The notes: generated from the letters alone by a model not told the origin. A stretch of 32,000 nt of DNA from an uncultured Bacilli bacterium (GCA_944358535.1 CALVRH010000007.1:1-32000); one strand, 5' to 3'; positions 13,035-23,145 are shown, counted from the stretch's first letter. A program made the numbers and translations.

Positions 13035-15622
13035 TATTTCGCCTCAGCCCAGTTTTTTCCGTAATTAATGTCAATAGTTAATGGAACAGAAAGCTCACAT
13101 ACATTATCCATAATGTCGGTAACTATTTCTTTTACTTTTTCTAGTTCTTCTTTTGGTATGTCAAATATTAATTCATCATGAACTTGAATGATCATTTTAC
13201 TTTTTAGATTATTATCTTTGAAAGCTTTATATACTTTAACCATGGCAAGTTTTATTATGTCAGCAGCTGTTCCTTGAACCGGTGTATTTAAGGCAATACG
13301 TTCTCCGCTTTGTCTAATTGTATAGACAGTGTTTTTTAATTCTGGAATGTTTCTTTTTCTATTAAACATGGTTGTTACATACCCTTTTTCTTTTGCATGG
13401 TTAATAGATGAATCCATATATTCTTTAATACCAGGATATGTTTGTAAATAAGTGTCAATGAAGTTTTTGGCTTCGGCTGGTCTTATTCCGACGTTTTCAG
13501 CTAACCCAAAACTACTAATACCATAAATGATTCCAAAGTTAACAGCTTTTGCTACTCTTCGCATGTTACTAGTTACTAGTTCAAGTGGGACATGGAAAAT
13601 GTCACTGGCGGTTTTAGCATGAATATCTAATTTATTATGAAAGGCTTCTTTTAAAGATGAAACATTAGCCATATGGGCTAGAACGCGAAGTTCGATTTGT
13701 GAATAATCGGCACCTAAAATATAATCAAAGATTGGGACAAAGGCTTTTCTTATTGATCTACCAAAGTCATCTCTTACAGGAATATTTTGTAAGTTAGGTT
13801 CAATTGATGATAATCTACCAGTTCTAGTTAGGTTTTGTGTATATATGGTATGAATTTTTCCATCTAAAGAAATTGTGTTTATTAACCCTTCGACATATGT
13901 ACCATAAATTTTTGATAGTTTGCGGTATTCGATAATTTGATTTATGATTGGATGTTTGTCTTTTAGTTTATTTAAGACATCAATGGCTGTGGAATATCCA
14001 CTAGCAGTTTTCTTTTTATGTGGAAGATTTAATTTTTCGAATAAAACTTCACTTAGTTGATTAGGGGACGAGATATTAAATTCACATCCTGCACTATTAT
14101 ATATATCTTTTTTTAGAAGTTCTAGTTTTATTTGAATATCTTCGCCCATGTCTTTTAAAACTTGTTTATCAATTTTGACACCGGTAAATTCCATGTCGGC
14201 TAAGACGGTGGCTAGAGGAAGTTCAATTTCGTTAAATAGGTATTCAACGTTTTCTTCTTTGATTTTATTTTGGAAAAGTTCTTTAGTTTCATAAATAAAT
14301 TTAGCTCTATCTACGCAAGCTTTAGCAATTATTTCTTCATTTGGTTTTTTTAAGCTAGAATTTTTACCATATATTGTTTCATAAAATTCTAATTTATAAT
14401 CTATTTGATTAGCTAGATAAGCCATATCTTCTTTCATATTATAATCTAGTAAGGCTCCTGCTATCATGGTGTCAAATGTTACATTATCTATTTTTACTCC
14501 TTGCCATTTTAAGGCGACAATCATTTTCTTTAAGTCATAGGTGTATTTGATATTTTGTGTTAAAAATTCTGGATTTTGTTTTAAGATTTCTGGTGAGATA
14601 AAATAAGCTATTTCTTCATTATAGACTCCCATACCTAATATGGATGATTTATGATAGTTTTGACCTAATATTTCTAGATATACTGCAGCGTCTCCATTTA
14701 TTTTGATATCATCTATATTTTTTACAATTTGTACTTTTACTTCTTTTTTAGTTTTTTCTTGTTTATTTTCTTTTTTTAAGAAAGAATAGAATTCTAAATC
14801 TTCATATAATTTGTTTAATTCTTCTCTATTTTCACCTTTATATTTAGTGTCTTCAATGGTTATTTCCATTGGAACGTTTTTGACAATAGTAGCTAGATGG
14901 TAAGATTTATAGGCGTTTTCTTTATCGTTTCTAATTTTTTCACCTAATTTTCCTTTGATGTTATCTGCGTTTTCATATATTCCATCTAATGTTTTATATT
15001 CATGAAGAAGTTTTAAAGCTGTTTTTTCACCTACACCTTTAACTCCTGGAATATTATCTGATGAGTCGCCCATTAGGGCTTTTAAATCAATTACGTTTAT
15101 TGGTTTAATTCCATAAGCTTCTTCAAAATTTTTTTCATTATATCTGATATAATCTTTTTGTTTTAAAAGTTTTATATCAACATCGTTTGAGATTAACTGT
15201 AATAAGTCTTTATCACTACTTACGATAGTTCCAATAAAATCTTTATCATCATCACAAAATTTAGCAAATGTTCCAATAATATCATCGGCTTCGTAATTAT
15301 CTATTTCATAGTATTTTATACCCATGGCAGTTAGTAGTTTTTTAGCTATAGGAAACTGCTTTTTTAGTTCATCGGGTGTTTCTACTCTACCGCCTTTATA
15401 GTCTTCATATTCTTGATGTCTAAATGTTTTTCCTTTATCAAAAGCAACTATGACATATTCGGGATTTTCTTCATTAATTATTTTATGAATCATATTTACA
15501 AAGCCAAATAAGGCATTGGTTGGAAACCCTTTACTATTATTCATAAAATTACCATTATAAGCGGTTGCATAATAACTTCTAAACATGAGGTTATTTCCAT
15601 CTATCATAATTATTTTTTTCAT
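13034..15622 (-). CDS. polA: DNA polymerase I
   Basis: 5' nuclease N-terminus, motif A DYSQIELRVLAH and motif C IIQVHDELIF. Confidence 0.95.
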   Translation of the reverse strand: MKKIIMIDGNNLMFRSYYATAYNGNFMNNSKGFPTNALFGFVNMIHKIINEENPEYVIVAFDKGKTFRHQEYEDYKGGRVETPDELKKQFPIAKKLLTAMGIKYYEIDNYEADDIIGTFAKFCDDDKDFIGTIVSSDKDLLQLISNDVDIKLLKQKDYIRYNEKNFEEAYGIKPINVIDLKALMGDSSDNIPGVKGVGEKTALKLLHEYKTLDGIYENADNIKGKLGEKIRNDKENAYKSYHLATIVKNVPMEITIEDTKYKGENREELNKLYEDLEFYSFLKKENKQEKTKKEVKVQIVKNIDDIKINGDAAVYLEILGQNYHKSSILGMGVYNEEIAYFISPEILKQNPEFLTQNIKYTYDLKKMIVALKWQGVKIDNVTFDTMIAGALLDYNMKEDMAYLANQIDYKLEFYETIYGKNSSLKKPNEEIIAKACVDRAKFIYETKELFQNKIKEENVEYLFNEIELPLATVLADMEFTGVKIDKQVLKDMGEDIQIKLELLKKDIYNSAGCEFNISSPNQLSEVLFEKLNLPHKKKTASGYSTAIDVLNKLKDKHPIINQIIEYRKLSKIYGTYVEGLINTISLDGKIHTIYTQNLTRTGRLSSIEPNLQNIPVRDDFGRSIRKAFVPIFDYILGADYSQIELRVLAHMANVSSLKEAFHNKLDIHAKTASDIFHVPLELVTSNMRRVAKAVNFGIIYGISSFGLAENVGIRPAEAKNFIDTYLQTYPGIKEYMDSSINHAKEKGYVTTMFNRKRNIPELKNTVYTIRQSGERIALNTPVQGTAADIIKLAMVKVYKAFKDNNLKSKMIIQVHDELIFDIPKEELEKVKEIVTDIMDNVCELSVPLTIDINYGKNWAEAK

Positions 15623-15733
15623 ATACTATCACCTAATAATATTTTAGCATTAATAAATACTTTATAACAAGAAAAAAGTCCATATTTTGAACTTTTATTA
15701 TTTTTCATATTTAAATTATGAGGTATTACCTTC

Positions 15734-15775
15734 TTTACACTTTGTCAACATATAGGAATCTTTGGAGAATGTTAC
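15734..15775 (+). repeat. Conserved ~42-nt promoter-upstream element, copy B
   Basis: TTTACACTTTGTCAACATATAGGAATCTTTGGAGAATGTTAC matches the minus strand of 1830-1870. Confidence 0.7.
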
Positions 15776-15777
15776 TA

Positions 15778-15806
15778 TTGATAAAGAAGAACAAAATGAT
15801 TATATT
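15778..15806 (+). promoter_or_regulatory. Sigma-A-like promoter with no gene behind it
   Basis: TTGATA, a 17-nt spacer, then TATATT. It sits in the same position relative to the conserved element as the pilin promoter does in copy A. Confidence 0.4.
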
Positions 15807-15885
15807 AAAAACTTTTGTTAACTAAATCATCTATTTTAACTTCATAAATCTTAGAGAACAAAATACCAAAATAAATTTTGGCATT

Positions 15886-15915
15886 AGCTTACCTCACGGT
15901 AAGCTCTTTCTACTT
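15886..15915 (+). terminator. Hairpin (8-bp perfect stem, TCAC loop) with a weak T-rich tail
   Basis: agcttacc tcac ggtaagct is followed by ctttctacttc. Confidence 0.35.
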
Positions 15916-15935
15916 CACAGAAACCTAAGGCTTCT

Positions 15936-16180
15936 CCATAGACCAGTATCGGATAGTCGCTACCCTAATTTATATTATTTATTTACCAAAATTTATTGAT
16001 TAAATAGATTGCTCTAGATATAACATGTATTTTTCTAAACCTTTGAACATTATATTAACTGCTGCATTATAATCACGTTCATGCTCTGTATGACATACTG
16101 GACATTCCCATTTCCTTATACTTAAATTTTTTACTTCCTTATTTTGATAATTACAAACATTGCAAAGTTGACTACTTGGA
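15936..16180 (-). ncRNA. Putative omega-RNA of TnpB copy 2
   Basis: The conserved RE block ends at 15956. The predicted guide is the minus-strand TATCCGATACTGGTCTATGG (15936-15955). The 5' limit is a guess. Confidence 0.3.
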
Positions 16181-17223
16181 TAATATCTGTCTATTTGTAT
16201 TAGTTTTTTATTATTAAAGTTAGCTTTATATTTAAGTACTCTGATAATTTCTGAAATAGGATTTTCGTTTAAGCCTTTAGCTACATAGTGATTCTTCTGC
16301 ATACTTCTTACATCTAAATCTTCAGTTACTATAATGTCATTTTCGTTTATTAATTTATTTGTTATATCATGTATCATATGTTTTCTTGCATTTCTTATCT
16401 TTTGATATAATCTTTGGATTTTTAGTTTCATCTTATATCTATTTTTACTTCCTTTTTTACATCTAGAAAGTCCTCTTTGCAGGCCTACCATTCTTTTAGT
16501 GTTTAGTTTAATGGTATTTTCTATTTTCTCATTAAATGATGTTACTATTAAATCTTTTATTCCTAAATCTATGCCGATTATGCTTGTTGGAACAAAAGAT
16601 GGTCTTATTAGTTCTTCTTCTATTAAAACACTTACATAATATTTACCGGCATCTTTTTTAATTACTGCACTTTTAATCTCACCAGGCACTACTTCTTTAT
16701 TTCTATATCCTCTTATCTTTACTTCTTTTAATTTTGGTAAAGTGATTGTTTTATTTTTTAAATCTAGTTTAATACTGTTATAATTATTTCCTTTATAACT
16801 ACTTTTAATATTATTGGTTTTATAACTTTCATGTACTCCTTTTGCTTTAAATCTAGGATAACCGTTTCCATTAAAAAATCTTTTATAAGCATCTTCTAAA
16901 TTAAATAGACTATTTCGAAGTGCGCAGCTATCTACTTCTTTCAAAAACGGATACTCTTTAGAAAGTGATGGTATTAATTTCATTTGGTCATAAGTTGATT
17001 TACTTTTGCCAGTTTTTTTATATTCTTTTATTTTATCATCCAAAAAATAATTATATATAAATCTAGAGCAGCCAATAGTTTTATTAATTAATTCTTCTTG
17101 CTCTTTAGTTGGATACATTCTAAATACATAGCCTTTTAATATTTGCATACCATCACCTTCAATCTTTATTGCAATCAATATATCACGAATAGTTATATTT
17201 GTAAATAACTTTTTGCAAACTTT
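15956..17223 (-). mobile_element. IS200/IS605-family tnpB-only element, copy 2
   Basis: See copy 1. The two copies are diverged, with many substitutions, so they are not a recent duplication. Confidence 0.6.
16000..17148 (-). CDS. tnpB: TnpB RNA-guided endonuclease, copy 2
   Basis: Roughly nine in ten residues match copy 1 by eye. The D/E/D and Zn-finger motifs are intact (IVTEDLDV). The start is ATG 17148, after GAAGGTGA. Confidence 0.85.
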   Translation of the reverse strand: MQILKGYVFRMYPTKEQEELINKTIGCSRFIYNYFLDDKIKEYKKTGKSKSTYDQMKLIPSLSKEYPFLKEVDSCALRNSLFNLEDAYKRFFNGNGYPRFKAKGVHESYKTNNIKSSYKGNNYNSIKLDLKNKTITLPKLKEVKIRGYRNKEVVPGEIKSAVIKKDAGKYYVSVLIEEELIRPSFVPTSIIGIDLGIKDLIVTSFNEKIENTIKLNTKRMVGLQRGLSRCKKGSKNRYKMKLKIQRLYQKIRNARKHMIHDITNKLINENDIIVTEDLDVRSMQKNHYVAKGLNENPISEIIRVLKYKANFNNKKLIQIDRYYPSSQLCNVCNYQNKEVKNLSIRKWECPVCHTEHERDYNAAVNIMFKGLEKYMLYLEQSI

Positions 17224-17516
17224 TACCTTTTACAAAGCAAATTCCTAGTAAATAAAATAATTAATTTTTCTAAAGTAATGTTTTTTGATGTATAATTAGG
17301 GTTTTCTAATCTACTATAATGTCTTCTTGATATACCTAATAGTGAAGATATGTTATCTAGACTATATGGGTTATCAATTTTATTATTAAGTTCTTTATAT
17401 TTGTTATAATGCCCTGGCCTAAGTTTTTTTAGGTTAGCAGCAAGGGTTTTAGCATGATTACTGTTTTTTACTTGTTCAGCAATTTCTTCCATTTGATATG
17501 CCTGTTTGATATGCAT
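17223..17516 (-). CDS. XRE-family helix-turn-helix protein (possibly 3'-truncated by the IS)
   Basis: SLDNISSLLGISRRHYSRLEN is an HTH motif. The start is ATG 17516, after AAAGAGGTG. The stop codon sits at the IS left-end junction. Confidence 0.6.
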   Translation of the reverse strand: MHIKQAYQMEEIAEQVKNSNHAKTLAANLKKLRPGHYNKYKELNNKIDNPYSLDNISSLLGISRRHYSRLENPNYTSKNITLEKLIILFTRNLLCKR

Positions 17517-17655
17517 ATAAACACCTCTTTTTATAATTATCACATTACGCTTATCGAAAATTAGGACATTTTAGGTGCTTTTTTTAAAAAATGTGCTATA
17601 CTAAAAATGTAATAAACAAATCATAGAATATTTTGTTTGAAAAGGAGTATGAAAG

Positions 17656-18594
17656 ATGGTTGAAAAAGTGAAGAAATTTTTTAAAAGAAATATTTTAGGA
17701 ATTATTATTGGGGACTTATATTTGGAAGTATAGGTGTTTATGCGGCAACTTACTTTCCCTATTATGATGTAACATATGACAATAGTTCAAGTGGACTTAA
17801 AAGCACTGATGTACAGGGCGCTATTGATGAGCTTTATGGAGTATGTACACATGATGAAACTGGTCCTTCAGTAGGTAATCAATTATTAGATGAAGTAAAT
17901 ATAGTAACATCTGGTGATGGATTATAAAGATGAATATGAAGATAGATATTTTTATAAAGGAGCCAACCCTAATAATTATGTTAATTTTAATAATAGTTTA
18001 TGGAGAATTATTTCAATCGAAAATGATGGAACTATAAAAATCATGAAAAACGAAAATATAGGAGAAATGGTATGGGATACATCAGTGGGAGTATATTGGG
18101 GAACAGCTTCTTTAAATGTTTATTTGAACAATTCTTTTTTAGCAACTTTATCAGATACAAGTAAAATCGTATCTAAAAATTTTAGTATAGGTGAAGTAAC
18201 GCTTCTTAATAGTAGTTTAAAAAGTCAAGTCGACGAAGAAAATGCCACTTTATTTAATGCAAAAGTTGGAATAATAACAGTTTCTGAATTTTTAAGAAGT
18301 AATAGTAATATTAGTCAGTGTTCTACTTTTTTATTAAATTCAGATAATAGGAAAATATGTGTAAATACTAGTTGGATAACTAATACATTATCTTTCGATA
18401 ATTTTTGGACAATTACTCCAGCAAAGAATAGTTATAATGATCCTTCTGTATATCCTATTGGTTCAAACGGTTATATAGATTATATTAGTAATTCAAGTGC
18501 TAAATACCATGTATTTCCTGTTATTTATCTTTCATCTACTGCCAAAGTTACCAGCGGGGACGGTTCAGAAAATAATCCTTATATCATTGAATAA
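17656..18594 (+). pseudogene. Frameshifted paralogue of the 27460-28377 membrane-anchored DUF6273-like protein
   Basis: Three collinear segments match the intact paralogue. Frame 1 runs 17656-17733 (MVEKVKKFF...). A shifted frame runs 17712-17927 (GLIFGSIGVYAATYFPYYDVTYDNSSSGLKSTDVQGAIDELYGVCT...). Frame 1 resumes at 17914-18594. Confidence 0.75.
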
Positions 18595-18597
18595 AAC

Positions 18598-18630
18598 ACA
18601 AAACAAGTCAGATAATCTGGCTTGTTTTAA
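18598..18630. terminator. Bidirectional terminator between the pseudogene and polC
   Basis: A 10-bp stem acaagtcaga / tctggcttgt (one G-U pair) with a 3-nt loop, flanked by A-rich and T-rich runs. Confidence 0.6.
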
Positions 18631-18636
18631 ATTATT

Positions 18637-21600
18637 TTAAAATAAAGATAATTGACTAGATTCATCCATGCCATCTAGTATGCCCATTGAACGAATTTTT
18701 TCTACTAATGTTGAAGATAGTTTAGCTCTTTTTTGGAGATCTTCAATACTGATAAATGGTTGTTTTTCTCTTTCTTCAACTATTTTTTTAGCAACTACTT
18801 CTCCTAGTCCATCGATTGCCCTAAATGGAGGAATTAAGTTACCATCATCGTCGATGACAAAGTCATGATAATGACTTTTATATAAATCAATTGGTTTGAA
18901 TTTTACATTACGAGCTAAAGCTTCTATGGCAACTTTTAAACATTCTAAGACTGATGATTCTTTGTTTGTGGCATCATATCCTTTTTCATTTATTTCAATT
19001 ATTCTTTGTTTTACAGCTTCATAACCTTTAATCATTGAATTAATATCAAAATCATCATATTCAGCAGAGAACTGGGCAGCATAATAAACAGCTGGTTTAT
19101 GAACTTTATAATATGCGAGTCTAAAAGCATTAATGACATAAGCTACGGCATGTGCTTTTGGGAACATGTATTTAATTTTACTACATGAGTCAATAAACCA
19201 CTGTTCTATGTTATTAGCTTTTAATAGTTCAACATATTCAGCCCACTGTTCTGGTTCTTTGGATGCTTTTCCTTTTCTGACGAATTCCATTATTTTGAAA
19301 GCTTTTATTGGTTCGACTCCATGATACATTAGATAAACCATAATATCATCACGACATCCAATAACTTCACTGAATGGTACAATTCCTTGATCAATTAAGT
19401 CTTTGGCATTACCATTCCAAACATCGGTACCATGTGATAGACCTGATATTTTAACTAATTCAGCAAATGTTTTTGGCTTTGTTTCTCTAACCATTTGCAA
19501 GGTAAATGGGGTCCCGAATTCAGGAATGCCTAAAGTTCCTGTATCATTCATTATTTGTTCTTTGGTGACGCCTAGTGGATTTGGAGATAAGAATATACCC
19601 ATAGTTTCTTTATCATCTAAAGGTACTTTGGTTACATCATCACCGGTTATATTTTGAATTAATCTTAGTTTTGTAGGTCCAGAATGCCCTAAGATATCTA
19701 GTTTTAAAACGTCTTGATCAATGGCGTGATAATCAAAGTGTGTTGTTCGCCAAGCTGATGTTGGATCATCAGCTGGATATTGGAATGGTGTAAAATCAAA
19801 GACGTCCATATATCCTGGAATAACGACAATTCCACCTGGGTGTTGACCAGTTGTTCTTTTAACTCCGGTACAGCCATTAGCTAGTCTTTCAACTTCAGCA
19901 GTGCGCATAGTAATTCCTTTATCTTCACAGTACCCTTTTACATATCCGAAGGCGGTTTTTTCAGCAACTGTGCCAATAGTTCCAGCTCTATAAACATTAT
20001 CAACACCAAATAATACTTTGGTATACTCATGAGCGGCTGCTTGGTTTAAGTCTGAGAAGTTTAAATCGATATCTGGAACTTTGTCAGCGTGAAAGCCTAA
20101 GAATGTAGCGAATGGCATGTCTTGGCCTTCTTTATTCATTTTAGTTCCACATTTTGGACAATTCATGTCTGGGAGGTCATATCCACTACCATAGTCTGCT
20201 CCGAGTGATTTTCCATTTAATTCAAAGATTGAGTGTTTACAATTTGGACAAACATAATGAGGTGGTAAGGCGTTAACTTCGGTAATACCCATCATTGTAG
20301 CAACTAGTGATGAGCCGACTGATCCTCTACTTCCAACTAAATAACCATCATCATTTGATTTTTTAACTAGTTTTTGGGCAATTAAATAAATAACATCGAA
20401 GTTAGCACCAATAATACCAGTCATTTTTTGTTTGATTTCATCTTCTGTAATGTTAGGATTTTCTTCTTTGAATAAATTAATTACGCCTTCTTTATAACTA
20501 CGCATGACTTTATTTAATTTTTGATGAATTTGGATTTGATATTCTTCTTCGGTCATGTTATCTTTTGGAGTTAGTCTTTTAATTGTATTTAATGGTTCAT
20601 CTCCATAAAGTTCTGAGGCAAGTCTTTCTTCAATATTATAAGGTAGTGGTTTACCATAAATGCTTTCTGCTTTATCATAAACCATATCAGTGGTTGTTTC
20701 TGTACAGTTTGGAATTTTAGGAGCGAAAGGAATACCACCAGTATCGATAATTACTTCAATTATTTCAATCATATCAGCAATTTTATTTGGATTATCAATG
20801 ACTATTTCTTCTGCCAATTCATTTGGCAAGAATGAGAAGTCTTCTAGCATTTCTTCGGTTGTACGTAGGTGCTGAGAAGGAATTTGAGTAATATCTTTTT
20901 TAGCTAGAGGGTGTCTTCCACCACCTGGGACTTTTTGATTAACAATGATTTCTCTATATATTTTGTCTTCTGGCTTTATTTGGTGGACATCGCCTGTAGC
21001 AACGATTAGTTTTCCGGCTTCTTTGGTTACCCTGATAATTTTTTTGATATGTTCTAAAAGTTCTGCTCTATTTGCAAAGTCTCCCATTTGAAGTAAATGG
21101 TCATATACGGTTGGTGGCTGAACTTCAACATAGTCATAGAAGTTAATTAGATTTACTAGTTCTTCATCGTTTTTACTTCTAGCAAGTCTAAATATTTCAC
21201 TTTCATAGCAACCACTACCTATTAATAGACCTTCTCTATGTTTTTCAATTTCACTTCTTAAGATTCTTGGTGTTTTATATAAGTATTTTGTATTAGCTAG
21301 AGAAATTATTTTGAAGAGATTTTTTAAACCAACTTTATTTTTAGCAATTAAATTAACATGATAACTTGTACCATATTTATGGATTTCATCTTTTGAAACT
21401 AGTTTATTTAAATCTTCGATGGTTTCAAAGTTTCTTGACATTAGTTTTTTTAACATTTTATGAAATACTAAAGCTGTTCCTTCGGCGTCATAATCTCCTC
21501 TATGGTGGGCAGATTCATCCCATGGAACATCGTATCTTTTAACTAACGCAGATAAACTATGTCTAGCATAGCCAGTATCTAAGGCTCTAGATAGTTCTAG

Positions 21601-23145
21601 AGTATCGATTACAGTATTTTTGAATTCACCTAGGTTATATTTACTATGAGCCATAGCAATAAATGAGACATCAAATTTGGCATTATGAGCAACCATGGGT
21701 AAGTCACCTACCCACGTAATGAATCTTTTAACAGCATTTTCTTCATTATCTTTATCTTGTAACATGTCATCGGTGATGTTAGTAAGTTCGGTAATTTTAG
21801 TTGGTAATTTTCTTCCAGGGTTAATTAATTCATCAAATCTATCAGTGATTTCTCCATTATCGATTTTGACAGCACCAATTTCAATAATGGAATCGGCGCC
21901 ACCAGCATTAAATCCTGTCGTTTCTAAGTCAAAAACAACATAGGTTGTTTCTAATAGTTTTTTATCTGATGGTCTTAAAACAATGTCGACGGTATCATCA
22001 ATTAGGGTTAATTCTGTACCATATAGAGCTTTAAATTTATCTTTGTCTTCCTTTCCTTTATTGTATTTTGTTACTAAATTAAAGACATGTGGGAATGCTT
22101 GACATCCGTTGTGGTCGGTTATAGCTATGGCTTTATGTCCCCAGTTCATGGCTGTTTCTACTAGTTTTACTTCATCAGCGACGCCGTCCATTTGACTCAT
22201 CTTAGTATGGGCATGAAGTTCTACTCTTTTTCTTTTTGCTTCATCTTTTCTAACTTTATCTGCTTTTGTAGAGATGTTTATGTCTCTAGCGTTTAAAACA
22301 ATTTCTCCAGAGTATTTATCATTTTTTGTGTAACCTCTAATGATATAATATTTACCTTCTTTTAGAGCTTTTTTATATTTAGTAAAATCATCTTCTTCTC
22401 TACAGAATATTTTACAATACATACTATCAGTTCCATCAGTTATTTTTAAGGTTATTATTTTAAAGTTGTTTTTAGATGATTCAAATATGTCTATTCCAAA
22501 TATTTTAGCTTCTACTGTAACATTATCCATTTCAAAAGTAATTAAGTTTATTGGGGTTGGTTCATTTTTAATTTCTTTGCCCATTATAAATGGGCTTTCT
22601 TTTTTGGGGGCAACTTTGGGAATTATTTTAGTTTTTTCTTTTTCGATTTCTTCTCTTAGTTCCTCTGCTTTTTCTTCATTAATTTTAGTTATTATTTTTA
22701 TATTAAAGCCTGATGATTTTAAGTCTTTTTCTAGCTGCTTTTTAATGCTATTAAATTTCATTTCTTCAGCTTTATTAGTGAGGTCAATTAATAAGTTATC
22801 ATCATCTAATGTTAAGGAGGTGGTGACAAACATTTTTAAAAGTGGAGCTTCTTTACTATAGTTTTCTAAAAAATGGCGATAATATTCAGTTAATAGTTCA
22901 ATATTAAAGTTATTTGTATTTATTTGTGATTTTATAGATTTGAAGTTAAAAAAACGAGTTTTTAATTTTTTGTTAAATTCTAAATATGTTTGAAGTGGAA
23001 GTGGGTTTGTTAAAGAAAGACAAAAAACATATTTGTCTTTAGTTTTATTACAAACAATTTTATTTAGTTTGCCATTTTTGAAACTGTTTTTTTGGTTCTC
23101 ATTTAGTTTGATTTGTTCTAATAATAACTGTAATTTGTCATCCAT
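18637..23145 (-). CDS. polC: DNA polymerase III alpha subunit, PolC type
   Basis: PHP domain, inserted DEDDh exonuclease (FDLETTG) and the PolC zinc module CPNC...CPKC. The start is ATG 23145, after AAGGTGA. Confidence 0.95.
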   Translation of the reverse strand: MDDKLQLLLEQIKLNENQKNSFKNGKLNKIVCNKTKDKYVFCLSLTNPLPLQTYLEFNKKLKTRFFNFKSIKSQINTNNFNIELLTEYYRHFLENYSKEAPLLKMFVTTSLTLDDDNLLIDLTNKAEEMKFNSIKKQLEKDLKSSGFNIKIITKINEEKAEELREEIEKEKTKIIPKVAPKKESPFIMGKEIKNEPTPINLITFEMDNVTVEAKIFGIDIFESSKNNFKIITLKITDGTDSMYCKIFCREEDDFTKYKKALKEGKYYIIRGYTKNDKYSGEIVLNARDINISTKADKVRKDEAKRKRVELHAHTKMSQMDGVADEVKLVETAMNWGHKAIAITDHNGCQAFPHVFNLVTKYNKGKEDKDKFKALYGTELTLIDDTVDIVLRPSDKKLLETTYVVFDLETTGFNAGGADSIIEIGAVKIDNGEITDRFDELINPGRKLPTKITELTNITDDMLQDKDNEENAVKRFITWVGDLPMVAHNAKFDVSFIAMAHSKYNLGEFKNTVIDTLELSRALDTGYARHSLSALVKRYDVPWDESAHHRGDYDAEGTALVFHKMLKKLMSRNFETIEDLNKLVSKDEIHKYGTSYHVNLIAKNKVGLKNLFKIISLANTKYLYKTPRILRSEIEKHREGLLIGSGCYESEIFRLARSKNDEELVNLINFYDYVEVQPPTVYDHLLQMGDFANRAELLEHIKKIIRVTKEAGKLIVATGDVHQIKPEDKIYREIIVNQKVPGGGRHPLAKKDITQIPSQHLRTTEEMLEDFSFLPNELAEEIVIDNPNKIADMIEIIEVIIDTGGIPFAPKIPNCTETTTDMVYDKAESIYGKPLPYNIEERLASELYGDEPLNTIKRLTPKDNMTEEEYQIQIHQKLNKVMRSYKEGVINLFKEENPNITEDEIKQKMTGIIGANFDVIYLIAQKLVKKSNDDGYLVGSRGSVGSSLVATMMGITEVNALPPHYVCPNCKHSIFELNGKSLGADYGSGYDLPDMNCPKCGTKMNKEGQDMPFATFLGFHADKVPDIDLNFSDLNQAAAHEYTKVLFGVDNVYRAGTIGTVAEKTAFGYVKGYCEDKGITMRTAEVERLANGCTGVKRTTGQHPGGIVVIPGYMDVFDFTPFQYPADDPTSAWRTTHFDYHAIDQDVLKLDILGHSGPTKLRLIQNITGDDVTKVPLDDKETMGIFLSPNPLGVTKEQIMNDTGTLGIPEFGTPFTLQMVRETKPKTFAELVKISGLSHGTDVWNGNAKDLIDQGIVPFSEVIGCRDDIMVYLMYHGVEPIKAFKIMEFVRKGKASKEPEQWAEYVELLKANNIEQWFIDSCSKIKYMFPKAHAVAYVINAFRLAYYKVHKPAVYYAAQFSAEYDDFDINSMIKGYEAVKQRIIEINEKGYDATNKESSVLECLKVAIEALARNVKFKPIDLYKSHYHDFVIDDDGNLIPPFRAIDGLGEVVAKKIVEEREKQPFISIEDLQKRAKLSSTLVEKIRSMGILDGMDESSQLSLF

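Noticed and set aside
10942-13068. Antisense ORFs in serS (10942-11247, 11779-12078) and in the nuclease gene (12467-12673, 12883-13068)
   Set aside because: They lie opposite strongly supported genes, with low-complexity translations.
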